A model generated the notes under the pieces. The model did no database searches and was not told the origin of the DNA. It worked only from the letters and a program-made list of their open reading frames with translations. DNA of 50,759 nucleotides, filler included, from Streblomastix strix (taxonomy: Eukaryota): the NCBI GenBank assembly GCA_008636045.1. It is 3 parts of 3 records of this genome, joined end to end, with 100 filler letters (N's around TTAATTAATTAA, not from the genome) between each part and the next. Parts side by side here need not be neighbours in the genome. Positions count along the whole stretch, not along the records: positions 1 to 16,857 come from SNRW01000760.1; 2 more parts are not named here. One strand, 5' to 3'. Shown here piece by piece: positions 1-11,791 of the stretch. The first letter of the stretch is position 1. The number at the start of each line of letters is the position of its first letter. The position numbers were made by a program, and so were the translations under genes.

Positions 1-628
1 AACCTGCTTCATCTAAGCAATAACAGAGATCGGAAAAGACGCCGTTGACGTAGACTCTGATCAGTTCTCCATACTTTTCTATATCAACTTGCTTCACTTT
101 GAGTCTAGCTTCCTCTTTTGCTGATGCGGTACCAAATCCAATCTCCGTATTATGTCAGCCAATGAAAAACAAATGAAACGACTTTGATGGCGGATCCTTC
201 CTAAATTTTGCAGCCTCTTAACGAATTTCAAATGGATAGATGCTACCTTTTGTGTCAATGATGTTAAGAACTCTTTCAAGCACAATTTTCTCTTCGGAAT
301 CGGTCAAATATCAATTTTATTTTTCATCTTTCGCTTTATATCTTGAATCATGGCGTATCCCAGATATTAATGAAGCTGCGCAACCAAATACACGTGCAAG
401 ATCACAAGCCCTATACTCCAAAATTAGGTTAGCCCTCTCCAATTTGACTAGGATGCGAATTGCTCTACTCATTGACTGCGGCGGTTTTTCTTCCAGTTCA
501 TCAAGGATTAAGTCGCATTCCAATTCTGAATAGATGTCATATAATGCAATTTCGAACAAAAAAGGGTCGAAATTGATAATACGCTTATCTGTCGGAGACA
601 AATCTTTTTCCATTTTATGTAAAACCAT
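1..628 (-). pseudogene. Degenerate pogo-family (CENP-B HTH + DDE) transposase, N-terminal part
   Basis: Code-6 translation gives an HTH-like DLARVFGCAASLISGIR, a CENP-B-like YLTDSEEKIVLERV...FFIG*HNTEI, and after a frameshift LCYCLDEAG (like the first catalytic-Asp motif xNxDETG). It has two in-frame TGAs and a frameshift. Confidence 0.65.
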
Positions 629-670
629 AAAAAAAAGCTAACGAATAACGAAAAACCTCGCCTGACTGTA
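1..670 (-). mobile_element. Left end of a pogo/Tigger-like (Tc1-mariner superfamily) DNA transposon, truncated by the contig start
   Basis: The minus strand reads TA|CAGTCAGG...: TA at 669-670 is the putative target site and a CAGT-type TIR starts at 668, 40 nt upstream of a transposase-like ORF. Confidence 0.7.
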
Positions 671-3600
671 GTTAAATGTAGGTTTCAAGGTTTGATAATT
701 TTGAGATTTAATATTAATAATAAATTTAAATCTGTTAAATTTAAAAATTTTATTTTGTCAAACTTTATAATAGTTCGTCTTCGTCAATTGAAAAAAATTA
801 AAAAAAAATTTTTTTTCTTATATATTTATTTATTTAATATATATTTATAAAATTTTAATAATATATATTATAATGTTAAAAATTAGATGATTATTAAATA
901 AATTACGTAAAGAGGTGCAACCGAATTTAGAATATTGTAAAAAAATTATTTTGATGCAGAATACAATTTTATCAATTTAATTTATAATAAATATATCATA
1001 AATAAATTTTATATTATAATTTTAATATTATATAGAAAAGTTGTCCACTTCGTATAAAATTTTGAATTGTGTAAATAATTAACCAAATAGCAAATTTTCC
1101 AAGCAAAAAATCTTAATATTAAAAAAATTTTTTTTTAGTTTATCAAAAAATTAGTTAGACTACACTTTAAAGTCCAATACTTTATACTAATTACAGTACT
1201 TTTATAAACTTTTAGATTGAAATTTAGATATTATAAATAAATAATCAAATTCTAGTTTATAATCCAAAACAAAACAATAATAACTCTCTAGTCGAAGAGA
1301 AATTTCAATCGAAAATTAAAATTGTTGAAATTTGGAATATACTGAATAATACCAACCATTTAATATTTCAAAAAAGTAAATAATATTTAAATTAGTTCAA
1401 ATTAAAGAGTAAAATTGCTTAATAATTTTTATTTTTGGTGTAATCTAAAAAAAAAGAATTTTACTAAATTTATTTTGATAAACACTCCTTATATTATAGT
1501 GAATTTTAACCAAATTTAATAGAATTGTTACTAATAAAATCACTCTAACGATTCATATTTAAAATATATAAACTTTTGCTCAATCACTTATGCAGTAAAG
1601 CGGAAAGAACTTATTTTTTTCAATTTTTCTCATCTCAATAAGCATTACTTTGTTTAATATGTTTCTTTATTTTTATAATTTATTATATTTTAATTTAATA
1701 TTAAATAAATGATTTTGCAACTGTTACTTTTTACGAAGAACATTATTAAAAATTTTTCGAAATAATTTTTATTGGAGCTCCTCCTACAACTTCTGATTTT
1801 TTATTCTTCTGTTATATTTAAATTTTAAAGTGTCATCTGCTTTGAAATATTTATAAAATTTATAAATTTACTAATAAAAATAATTCCATATTCCTTCTAC
1901 AATTTAAACTAACCATTATTAATTCAGAAGATTGAATTATATATTTTTTATTATTATGTCAATTATAACAAAGCCACACTTTAATATAAAACAATTACTT
2001 CTAAATTCTAGTCAATAAATTTAGAAAAGAATTGTTCTTAGTATAAATTAATGTACTTAAAAGTGAAGCTAATATCAAAATTTTTTTAAAAATTTTTAAA
2101 TCTCTAATGGAAATATCAAGATGAGTTTTTTTGTTTTTATAAACTGTAAAATTTTTAGTTTAATTCAAGAGTCCAATATCATAAATGCTAAGTTATACTT
2201 GTTTAAGATCTTGGTTATAGATGAAAAATGCATTGATTTGGACTTTTTCTGATAGTGACCTTAGGCTCTGTCTATGGTTACACCAATTAAGTTCGGGCTC
2301 AGTAATTTATATAATTTTCTGCAATATTAAATTAGAACTAATTAATATGAATACGTAATAAACAATTTTTTTTTTAAATTATCTGTAATATTTGGAATTA
2401 ATAATGAATTTGACGTAATTTTTGCGTTGAAAATATAAAATTCTAACAGCATCCCCACTTATTGTACCATTTCGAATACAAATCTTGAACAATCATAAAT
2501 ATATAAAATATTTAAATTATAAATCAATGGTTCAAAACACTATGTATGATTTGAGCCCGAATGTGAGCAGATTATATGTTTATGTGCTTGTGGCTGCTAT
2601 ATACATCTTAAAATGCTGTTAAATATAAAAATATACATATTTAATTTAAGTTACATAATTTTATATAATATATGCGAAATATTAATTCAATTCATATATT
2701 TAACTCAAAATATTTATGCATCTTAAATTAATTTCATTTTAATTCAACATTCGTTTATTAACAAAAAATGTTTATCATTTGGCTCGAACTCATATGAATT
2801 AGGGCGTCTATAGTCAGAGACAAAACTCATCATTTGCACAACCTATTGAATTAAGAACATAAAAATATTTAGAAGATTTAAACACTAATTAATATTGGAA
2901 GAAAATTAGGAGAAAGATAAAGTTAAAACGTATTTAATGGATTAAGTTTTGATTAATAATTAAAAAAAATTTAATATCAAAATAAACGAAATGATAAAAA
3001 TTTAAATTATCAAATAACACGTAAATTATTGAATATCGAAAAAAACTTAAGTTCTTTAAATGGATTTCAAATAATTTTATTTATATAGAATTGAACTTTA
3101 ATACTTCTAAGTCTTTAAAAAAAACTAAAAATTTCAAGTATTTTTGGGGGTTTGGACTCGACTTAATTTTATGATTTATCTTTAAAAAATAAGATGAGAA
3201 ATGAATTAACTCTATTTCATCTTTCTGTTCAACATACAATTTTTCAAAAAAATTATTTATTCATTCAATGTTCTTCTGATGCTTCCGCTGTCAATACTTC
3301 TAATTTAACGTATCGATACTTCTATTGTCTTTCAACTACTCTTATAAGTCTTTCTTGACCAATTGCTCAGCATGAATTGCATTTTAAACTTTCAAATAGT
3401 TAAGCATTTTATCTGTGACAGATTTTGATCGTCGAACTTTAATTCATGTCCAGAATTCACATTCTCAATGTCTTCTTCAAATTTCTAAGATATATCAGTT
3501 TCTGAATCTAACTTCAATATCATATTGGTGCTTGTCTAGATTGGCTACTGTTGTTGCAGTCATTTAGTTTTTAAAAACTGCCAATTGCTAATATCTGATT

Positions 3601-3969
3601 GTTTGTATAATCAATTTCTGAGATTTATAACAACAAATGAGAACTTATGAGAATCTGATGTATAAATAATCACTAAAGTTTAGCATTCTCGATAATCAGA
3701 ATTATATTATTTAATTTGAATTACTTAATATATGCAATTAAATAAATTTATATATACTTTTATATTTTTTTGCTGTTTAATCAGTAGTAGACTTTAAATG
3801 ACATAACAATTCATTAAATTTGTTTTTTCACGCCACGTAAAAGTTATTATAAGCTCCATATATATTTATTCTGATAAATAAATAATTTTCATAAGTATAT
3901 ATTACTAAACTCTTTTAATTATTTTAAATTAATTTCAATAAAAATTATTGAAATTTTTTATTGAAAATC

Positions 3970-5645
3970 ATGCCAATTTCTCGTCAATATTTGTTCAATT
4001 CTTTATATTTATTATATTTATTATTTTACTTGCATTTATACTTCAGATATGCATTTTTTTAGAAGAAACAGTGAAAAGAATCTTCGTGAAAAGCTTGATA
4101 AGATTGCGCACGATTTTGAAAAGTAAATTTAGAAAGTTCAAACTATCCCTCAAAGCCAGAAACGCATACAAGTCATAATTTTAATAATCTTCGTGCTCTT
4201 CCTCTTCATAACTTCAATCCTGACCTATCTAGGCTATATACCACCATCAATTATAATAATAGGCGCTGTCGTCTATTTTCCAATCACGATGCTCACAGAC
4301 CAATGGGGCAAGATGCGGCTCCGCAATATTTCCAAGAAGATGCTCAGAAACGTCGACGAGACTGAAAAAATCGCAGAATAGATCCTCGACAAGCTCTCAG
4401 GGAAGCAAGCCGCTGCAATTCTGTCGCAGTACGGAATTCCAATGATTGAGTTGGAAAGAAAATCATTTTTCACTGAACTGCGGAAGAAATGCGAAAGCTA
4501 CGGTGAGACTGATAAAAAATAGCCCTATTAGAGATCATCAGTTAATTCTAAGCAATAAGGCAACATGAAGAGCATGAGATAAAGATAGTATGAATCTGGT
4601 TCTTTTGATCCTGAAATGGAATAAGATTATGATGATGAGGAAATATATGATGAAGATTTGGAATATGATGGATAGTAATAGTATGATGATTAGGAATAAG
4701 AATAAATTAAATAAAAGAAATAATAATAAGATGAATAAGAAATACAGAAGGAAGAAGATGATGAAGAAGATGAAGATGTAGAATTAGTTAGTTCTGAAAA
4801 TGAAGAAGAAGAATAAAACTCGAAAGCCGATGAATAAAAGAAGATTGGAGACGAAAGCACTGATTACAAGACTGTGATAATACATGATAATGAAAATAAT
4901 AATAATACTAAAGTTGATCTATCAGAAATTATTGAAATTACGGAACTTCCTGAAATTCCTCCAAATATGCGAGTTTTCTCAGCTGGAAACAAATTGAAGG
5001 ACAAATCGAGTAAGAAAAAGAAGAAAAAGAAGAAGAAAGGGATCAAAAATACTCAAAACGAGAAAGAAATCCCTAAAATTGAAGAAAATAAATAAAATTT
5101 GAATAAAAAAGAAAAAGAATAAAAGAAACAAAATCCAGCACATAACAGATCGCAAACTTCAATAAGCAATCCACATGAACCCATAACGAAGAAAATTCAC
5201 AGGAAAACGCGATCCGTGACTAAAAACGTGGCTCTGAAGCTGCTTGAGTGGCTTGCAGATGAAGATGAAGAGGAATAAGATGAGGATGATAATTCAAATA
5301 AAAATGGAAAAATTGGGAAAAAAGGAGCTTTTGGGGAAAATGAAGATAATTCTGATGTGAAGTGTGCATATTTTATGATATATTTATATTTATAATTATT
5401 TGTTTGTTTTCATTAATTTTTCATAATAACTTTGTGTGTTTATATATTTGAGTAGGTTTGCTTTGATCTGCGAAAAATGCAAAGCTCATAATGGACTGGT
5501 TCGAAAGGAGGAACTCAATGCAATAAGTATGTATCCTAAATTAGAGTCGTTTATTATAAATCATTCATTTATTTTTGGTCATTCAGCATATTATTGCCCG
5601 CGCTGTAACTTCCTGAATGGAAAAAAGAAACCAAAAGTAGCTTGA
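3970..5645 (+). CDS. LNPK: Lunapark (ER three-way junction protein)
   Basis: Exons about 3970-3992, 4047-5361, 5456-5526, 5587-5645 with GT-AG introns. Two adjacent TM helices, a coiled coil ending AAAILSQYG, an acidic middle, KLLEWLADED, and a C-terminal C4 zinc ribbon FALICEKCKAHNGL...YYCPRCNFLN typical of Lnp1/Lunapark. Confidence 0.88.
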
Positions 5646-5957
5646 TATTATAGCGCTGGTAACTCTCAAAAGTGCAATGATAGAATACATTTCACCACTT
5701 CACCATTTTTATATCATGTTCTCTATATCAATAACAACAAACATATCATATGATAAGATATATGCTTAATAAAAGATTTTTTAGCTAATTTTACATTAAT
5801 ATAAAGCATATAAAAATATTTTCTATTAGATGTGAATATTTTTTAACAATTAATGCTATTTTTACTAATTTTAAGAAAGAATTGTTAAAGAAAATGATTT
5901 TTAATTTTTCTTGAATAAAACTAACTTTTTCTTAATATTCAGTAAATAAGAAATACA

Positions 5958-7491
5958 ATGTTGAATGATAAAATGATTACACTCAATGTGTACATTATAA
6001 GACTCAATGGAATCAAATTGGGTATACCTTTAATAGTATGAAAATTTTATAGTTTCAAATTACATTATTTTTAAATTTGTTTTTTTAGGGTGTATACCAT
6101 TCAGGAGTCGCTATTCGAGGCAGAGGTATGCGTATTTAATATTATTGACAAACATAACATGTAATTAGAATATGCGTATGGAGGCGGACCATTTGGATCG
6201 GGTGGGGTGTGGATGCAACCCCCTGAATTCTAACAAGTATTCTGCGTCTACAAAGAATCAATCGATATTGGGGAATGCAAAATGAAGTGGAAGAAAATTA
6301 AAAGTGTGATATATAATCAATACCAAATTAATTAATAAACTTCCATTATATATTTTTATTTTAGTATTAATCATTTATTATTTTTGTTTGTTATAAAATT
6401 TAATAAATCATCAGAAATTTTGGTGCCAATTTTTAAAAAATATAATAAAATGCAGTATAAAATCATCAGTAACAACTGCAACGACTTCACAAATGAAGTG
6501 TGCATGGCTTTGTGTAATAAGGTATATTTTTATTATTTGAGTTTAATATTTTTTTTAAATAAGAAATACAATATTATATTATGTTCTCATAATTAATAAT
6601 TCTAATCTAATATTAATTTAATATATATATGTATTAATTATATATATTATTATATATATACTATATTAATGTACACTATTTTCAGCCAATACCATCCTGG
6701 GTCAACCGTCCAGCGCATATTATGTCTCACTTCTTCAAATACAAAGAAACTCAACTGAGTGAAAAAGGTGTATATGTGAATATGAATATATAATATATTA
6801 ATTTATTTATATATTTATATATTTAAATTGAGTTGTTATATATATTTAATTAATAATCTGTTTAATTACTATTTTATTAGATATATAATAATTCATATTT
6901 ATTTATTTATTTATTAATTATTTTAAATTTCTGTTCATTATTATAATAATATTTCTTTTTTAATACTCATTTACTAAACAATTCCCAGAATAATAACAAA
7001 AAGCAGAGTAAGAAACCAAAATCAAAGAAGAAAGAGACAAACTAATAAAACAATACAATGAAGAAAAAGAAAAACAAGACAAAATAAAGAAAGAAAAAAA
7101 ATAATAGGAAAAATTAGCTAAGTAAAAATTATTGGAAAACAACATTTATGAGTTTTACAGAGATAAAGTATTGAAGATATTGATGAAAATTAAGAAGGAA
7201 GAGAAAGATTAAAGGAAGAAGAAGAGGAAGGAAAGAAAAATGAAAAAGAAATAAATAAAGAAATAAAATAGTAAAATGAATGAAAATGAGATTAAAGTTG
7301 AAAGCCTAGAAGAGAAGTTGGAATTTGATTAAAATGACTAGTTATATGAAATTGATTAGGATAAATAAAATTAAAAAGAAAAAGAAATACATAAATTAAA
7401 TTAACCTAATCATAAGAAAATAGAGTAAATATCAGAAGTTGTTTAGGAAAATTAGAAAGATATTTAGGAGAAGGAGGATGAAGGTAACTGA
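5958..7491 (+). CDS. PPPDE/DeSI-family cysteine peptidase (deSUMOylase/deubiquitinase), copy 1, with charged coiled-coil tail
   Basis: Spliced translation: ITLNVY...GVYHSGV...EYAYGG...NNCNDFTNEVC...PIPSWVNRPA, with the catalytic His and Cys present. Last exon 6989-7491 ends in TGA. Confidence 0.9.
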
Positions 7492-7905
7492 ATTTGAATT
7501 GGTTAATATGAAATACTAAAGGGTGATTCTAGCGAACTTTATACATAGTTTTAAAAGATTAAACATGGGAAAACATTGATATAAACGCAAGGTTTCGGAG
7601 CTGATACCTTGCATAAACATCATGCTTGAGTTCATTTCAACAAAATATTTATTTATTAATTATTTTTTTATAATTGTAATTTATTATTAAATTTCATATG
7701 TGACATATTTATTAATACAAATTCCGATTGATTTTTCCAGCCACATGAATATATTTTTAGATTTAATAGACTATTTTATCACCATTTAAAATATGATATA
7801 TTCAAAATTTGTAATTAATTTGAATTTATACTATACTTGATTGAAGAAAACCAATTTGGATTTCAAATAATTTTAAAACTTTTTTTTAATAGTTATTTTG
7901 TAAAG

Positions 7906-10489
7906 ATGGCAATATTTAAGTCTAATATGATCTCTATCAGTGTTTACGATATGCATGGTGATGGAATTTAATTCAATCTACCGTTTTTGGTATGCAAAAT
8001 CACTTTATTAATTCCTTGTTTTTTTATGACTGTTTTTAGAATATTTACCACACCGGTGTTATTGTCAAAGGAATAGGTTTGCACTTTTAAATAAACTTTA
8101 TATATTTCTATTGCTTTTAGAATATGGTTTTGGTGGTGGGGCATCATCAGGAACTGGCGTTTGGGAGCAATTTCCTGGGCGTCCTCCTCCAAATTGCACA
8201 TTTAAAGAGAAGATTGATATTGGTGAAAGCAAGAAAAGCGAGAAGGAGATTAGTTGTATGACTTTGTAGTAATTTTAATTTTATATTAATACTAAATTAT
8301 TATTTTTATTATTAAAAATATATTATAGAAATTATTAAAACTTTGAAAGAAGAATATTAGGCTAATAAATACGATTTAGCAGGCAATAATTGTAATCATT
8401 TCTCGAACGAAGCTTGCATGAGACTTTGCGGAAAGGTATAACTTTACAGTATACAACAGAAAAAAATTAAATTAATCTTCTAATAATAAATATTGCATCA
8501 AATTTAAAATTAATGATATTTTTATATATATTCATCTTCTATATCTTTATAAATAATATTTTATATATATTCAACTTCTATATCTTTATATATGATATAG
8601 CCTATTCCTTCGTCAATAAACTGACCTGCACGTATATTGAACTTCTTTACTGGAGAAAAAGATAAGGATAAATCATCTGAGAGAGAAGGAAATAAAAGTG
8701 TGAATTATTATATGATATTATTATTTGATTATTTTATATTATATTACATATTTATTTATGTATATTTATTTAAATATAATAATTATATTATGATATTATT
8801 AATTGATTGTTTTATATTATATATTTAATTATTCGTTATTCTTAAACTAATCTTATTATTATTGTTATATAAATATTTATTCATTATTTAATATTTCATT
8901 ACCAGTTTAACTCATGCAAACACCAACAGCTTCTGATATGATACCAAATAAATAGAAAGCGAATGAAAAAAGTAAATAAATTGAAAAACCCAAACAAATT
9001 GAAAAACCAAAACAATAACAAAATTAGAAAGAGAGAGATTTGAGTTAATAAAATACTCCGAAAAGCAATAAAAGTGATAAAGATGAATTTTATGATTGGT
9101 GGAATAGCCCAGATTTAAAATAATAGGCAAATAAATAAAATAATAAAATATAACCAAATTAGAAATAAAAAGAATAATAAGATTTAAAAGTTAAAAAAAA
9201 TATTGATGATGGAAATTAATAAATAAGAAAAGCTGTAAATTATAATGATAGGGATGTGAAATAACGTGAAATTGAGTAAAAATAACATAATTAACAACAG
9301 CAATAATATTATTAATAATAATAACAATAAAAAGATAAAGAAATGTTAAATAATTCAATTAAAAGTAATAAATCGCAATAGTAATAACAATAACAATATC
9401 AGTAATAAAATAATCCAATTAAAAGCTAATAGCATTAATAATAATCATACATATAACCAGTGTAATAGAAATAATAGTACTAATAACCAATATAATAAAA
9501 ATAATAACTATAATAATAAATCACCCCAGCTAAATAAATCCAAAAAAATAATATAAATCTGACAAGCAAATGTCGGATATGCGGAATTACTATTGATTAC
9601 TCCGATTTGGAAGATCACGAGTTGCTTCACCAAGAACAGGATGCAGAATTTAGAAGAGGGATTTCACCTGAGCCAAATAATAATATGTATCCGAAATAGT
9701 AAGTTTCTCATAATTATTAAGTATCTAATAATTAGTAAAATTCTTCCAATTAGAAAAATACTCATAATTAGTAAATTTCTCCAAAATAATAAAATTCTTC
9801 AAATTAATAAAATTCTCCAAAATAATAAAATTCTTCTAATTAATAAAATTCTCCCAATTTTTCATTTTCATCACCTCCTCTGAATCAAAGACCGATGACT
9901 CCAATTAAATTAGCATCGGCACATTAATATCAACGTAAGATTCAATAGGATGGAAATATGTAATAAAAAGATCAATAAAACCAATATAGGAATTATAATA
10001 ATATTAATATTAGTGAATAGGAGAAAGTTTAATCAAAATCTAGATAATAATAATCTAGATAATAATAATAATAATCTATTCCTTAACATTAATACTAACA
10101 AATTTCTCCTAGTTAATATTAAGCTGCTATATAATAATAAAAATAACCTTCAATTTAATCGTAATAACCTTAATAACTTTAATAATAAAAATAACAATAA
10201 ACTATTCCTTAACAATAATATTAGCAAAATGCGTACAGTTTACAATAATCACCTTAGTAATAATAAAAATAATACTCTAATTAACCTTAATAACCATTGT
10301 AAAATTAATAATAATCTTCTTAATAAAAAAATTCCTAATAATAATAACCATATTAATTGTACAAACCATATTAGAAATAATAGTAAAGCCCACAATAAAG
10401 TTAAAGTTCTTCTCCATCCCAAAAAAATTATGCACCATTTTCCAATTAATAATAACCAACTTCAATATAATAATAACAGTCAACCTCAA

Positions 10490-10565
<76 letters not shown>

Positions 10566-11058
10566 TTTATAAAAATAATAAAAATTATTATTTTCAAATT
10601 CTTCTCCAATAAACACATCCACTAAAAGATCTGAACTATATTAATCTGATTTCTCCAATGAATTCAAACTTCCGTAAATGAATTTAGTATCTAAAGCTGC
10701 AGCACCAAAAATTACTTAGCAATCTTCTTAATAATAAAATTTAAATTAAAATTAAAATTAAAATACTCCAGTTTCAAACTAAAGACAATCACCATCAACT
10801 TTTTCGTAATCACTGCCTTCATCAGTGTCATAATCTTCTACTTCTACTTCAAATTAATCTAATTAATCTAAAAATCCGTTTTCTTCTTCACTTTAAGATA
10901 AAACTTAACCATAAATATCACATCATTAATAACAAGATCATTATTAATATAATTAATCTTATTTATCTCCTTAATCATAAATTTAATATCAACAGCAAAA
11001 CAATTACATAAGTAAAGATGATAGAATGAAAACACCAACAGGCTCATAGAGGAAATGA
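7906..11058 (+). CDS. PPPDE/DeSI-family peptidase, copy 2, with long Gln-rich tail and C2H2 zinc finger; in-frame TGA at 8622-8624
   Basis: ISVYD...IYHTGV...EYGFGG...NNCNHFSNEAC...PIPSSIN*PARIL, with introns at positions equivalent to copy 1. Last exon 8906-11058 is open in code 6 and contains CRICGITIDYSDLEDHELLH. Confidence 0.8.
9700..9858 (+). repeat. Coding 18-nt tandem repeats (hexapeptides NSSNQQ/NSPKQQ)
   Basis: Repeated taataaaattct(c/t)c(a/t)aa(a/t) units, in frame within the last exon of PPPDE copy 2. Confidence 0.8.
10492..10563 (+). repeat. (TAA)24 microsatellite encoding poly-Gln
   Basis: 24 perfect TAA triplets in the reading frame of the PPPDE copy 2 tail. Confidence 0.9.
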
Positions 11059-11791
11059 ATATTATCACTTCAAATATTCACTTCATTTGGTTTTATATTA
11101 TAACTTTTTATTAATTTTCATGAGTTAAATGGATAAAATAAAATAAAAATTCTTGAAAAAAATATATTACTCATTTTCTCCACAGGAAACGAGTTTTAAT
11201 ATTTGTTACTTGAGATTTGAAATTAAAATAGTGTTTTGAACAATTTTACAGTAAAATTAAATTACATGGTTAGAATCAAAATTTCCAATATTTTTCCAAT
11301 AAAATTTGTAAAGCTTAGAAAAAAAAAAAGTTTACATTAAATATTCATATCAGCGTGCAAATTTCACTTTCTATGCATCATTAAAACTTAATTTACATAA
11401 ATTTACTTAACGAACATTAAAACGTGGCGCATATAATATTTTTATCTTTTTTTATTTTCTTTTTCTAAGCTTCGCACAAGTAAAACGAAAAATTTTGTTT
11501 TTGTATGTTAAATATCATTTATTATTTAGTTTACTCATTTTAAATGTCAAACTTAATATTTTATTAGCAAACTGACGCGAATTTTATTTTTTTGCAAACT
11601 TTTTTTTTCTTACATTTGATTTTTCCCGCTTCATTTAATTTTCAACTACATATATATTCCAATACTATTCTTATTCTATCAAAACATAATTAAAATTTTC
11701 TGTTATTCTTTACATATATAAGAAATTGTTCTATTTTTAATTTTTCTTTTCATTAATTATTTTTTTAATTATTTTAATTTCAGTAAAATCA

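Noticed and set aside
1900..2500. Coding-like minus-strand stretch
   Set aside because: Interrupted by TGAs, with no recognisable motif. Possibly a decayed gene or element, but unsupportable.
2293..2561. 10-bp inverted repeat TTCGGGCTCA/TGAGCCCGAA as MITE ends
   Set aside because: Too short, does not extend, and has no target-site duplication.
3240..3600. Coding-like minus-strand stretch upstream of Lunapark
   Set aside because: Needs frameshifts, contains TGAs, and no family was recognised.
8519..8830. Short direct repeats (about 35-40 nt) in PPPDE copy 2 introns as a CRISPR-like array
   Set aside because: Only two AT-rich copies each and no spacers; ordinary slippage duplications.
9950..10618. 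Asn-rich 220-aa and Ile-rich 113-aa ORFs from the track
   Set aside because: These are off-frame and antisense readings of the TAA-rich poly-Q exon of PPPDE copy 2.
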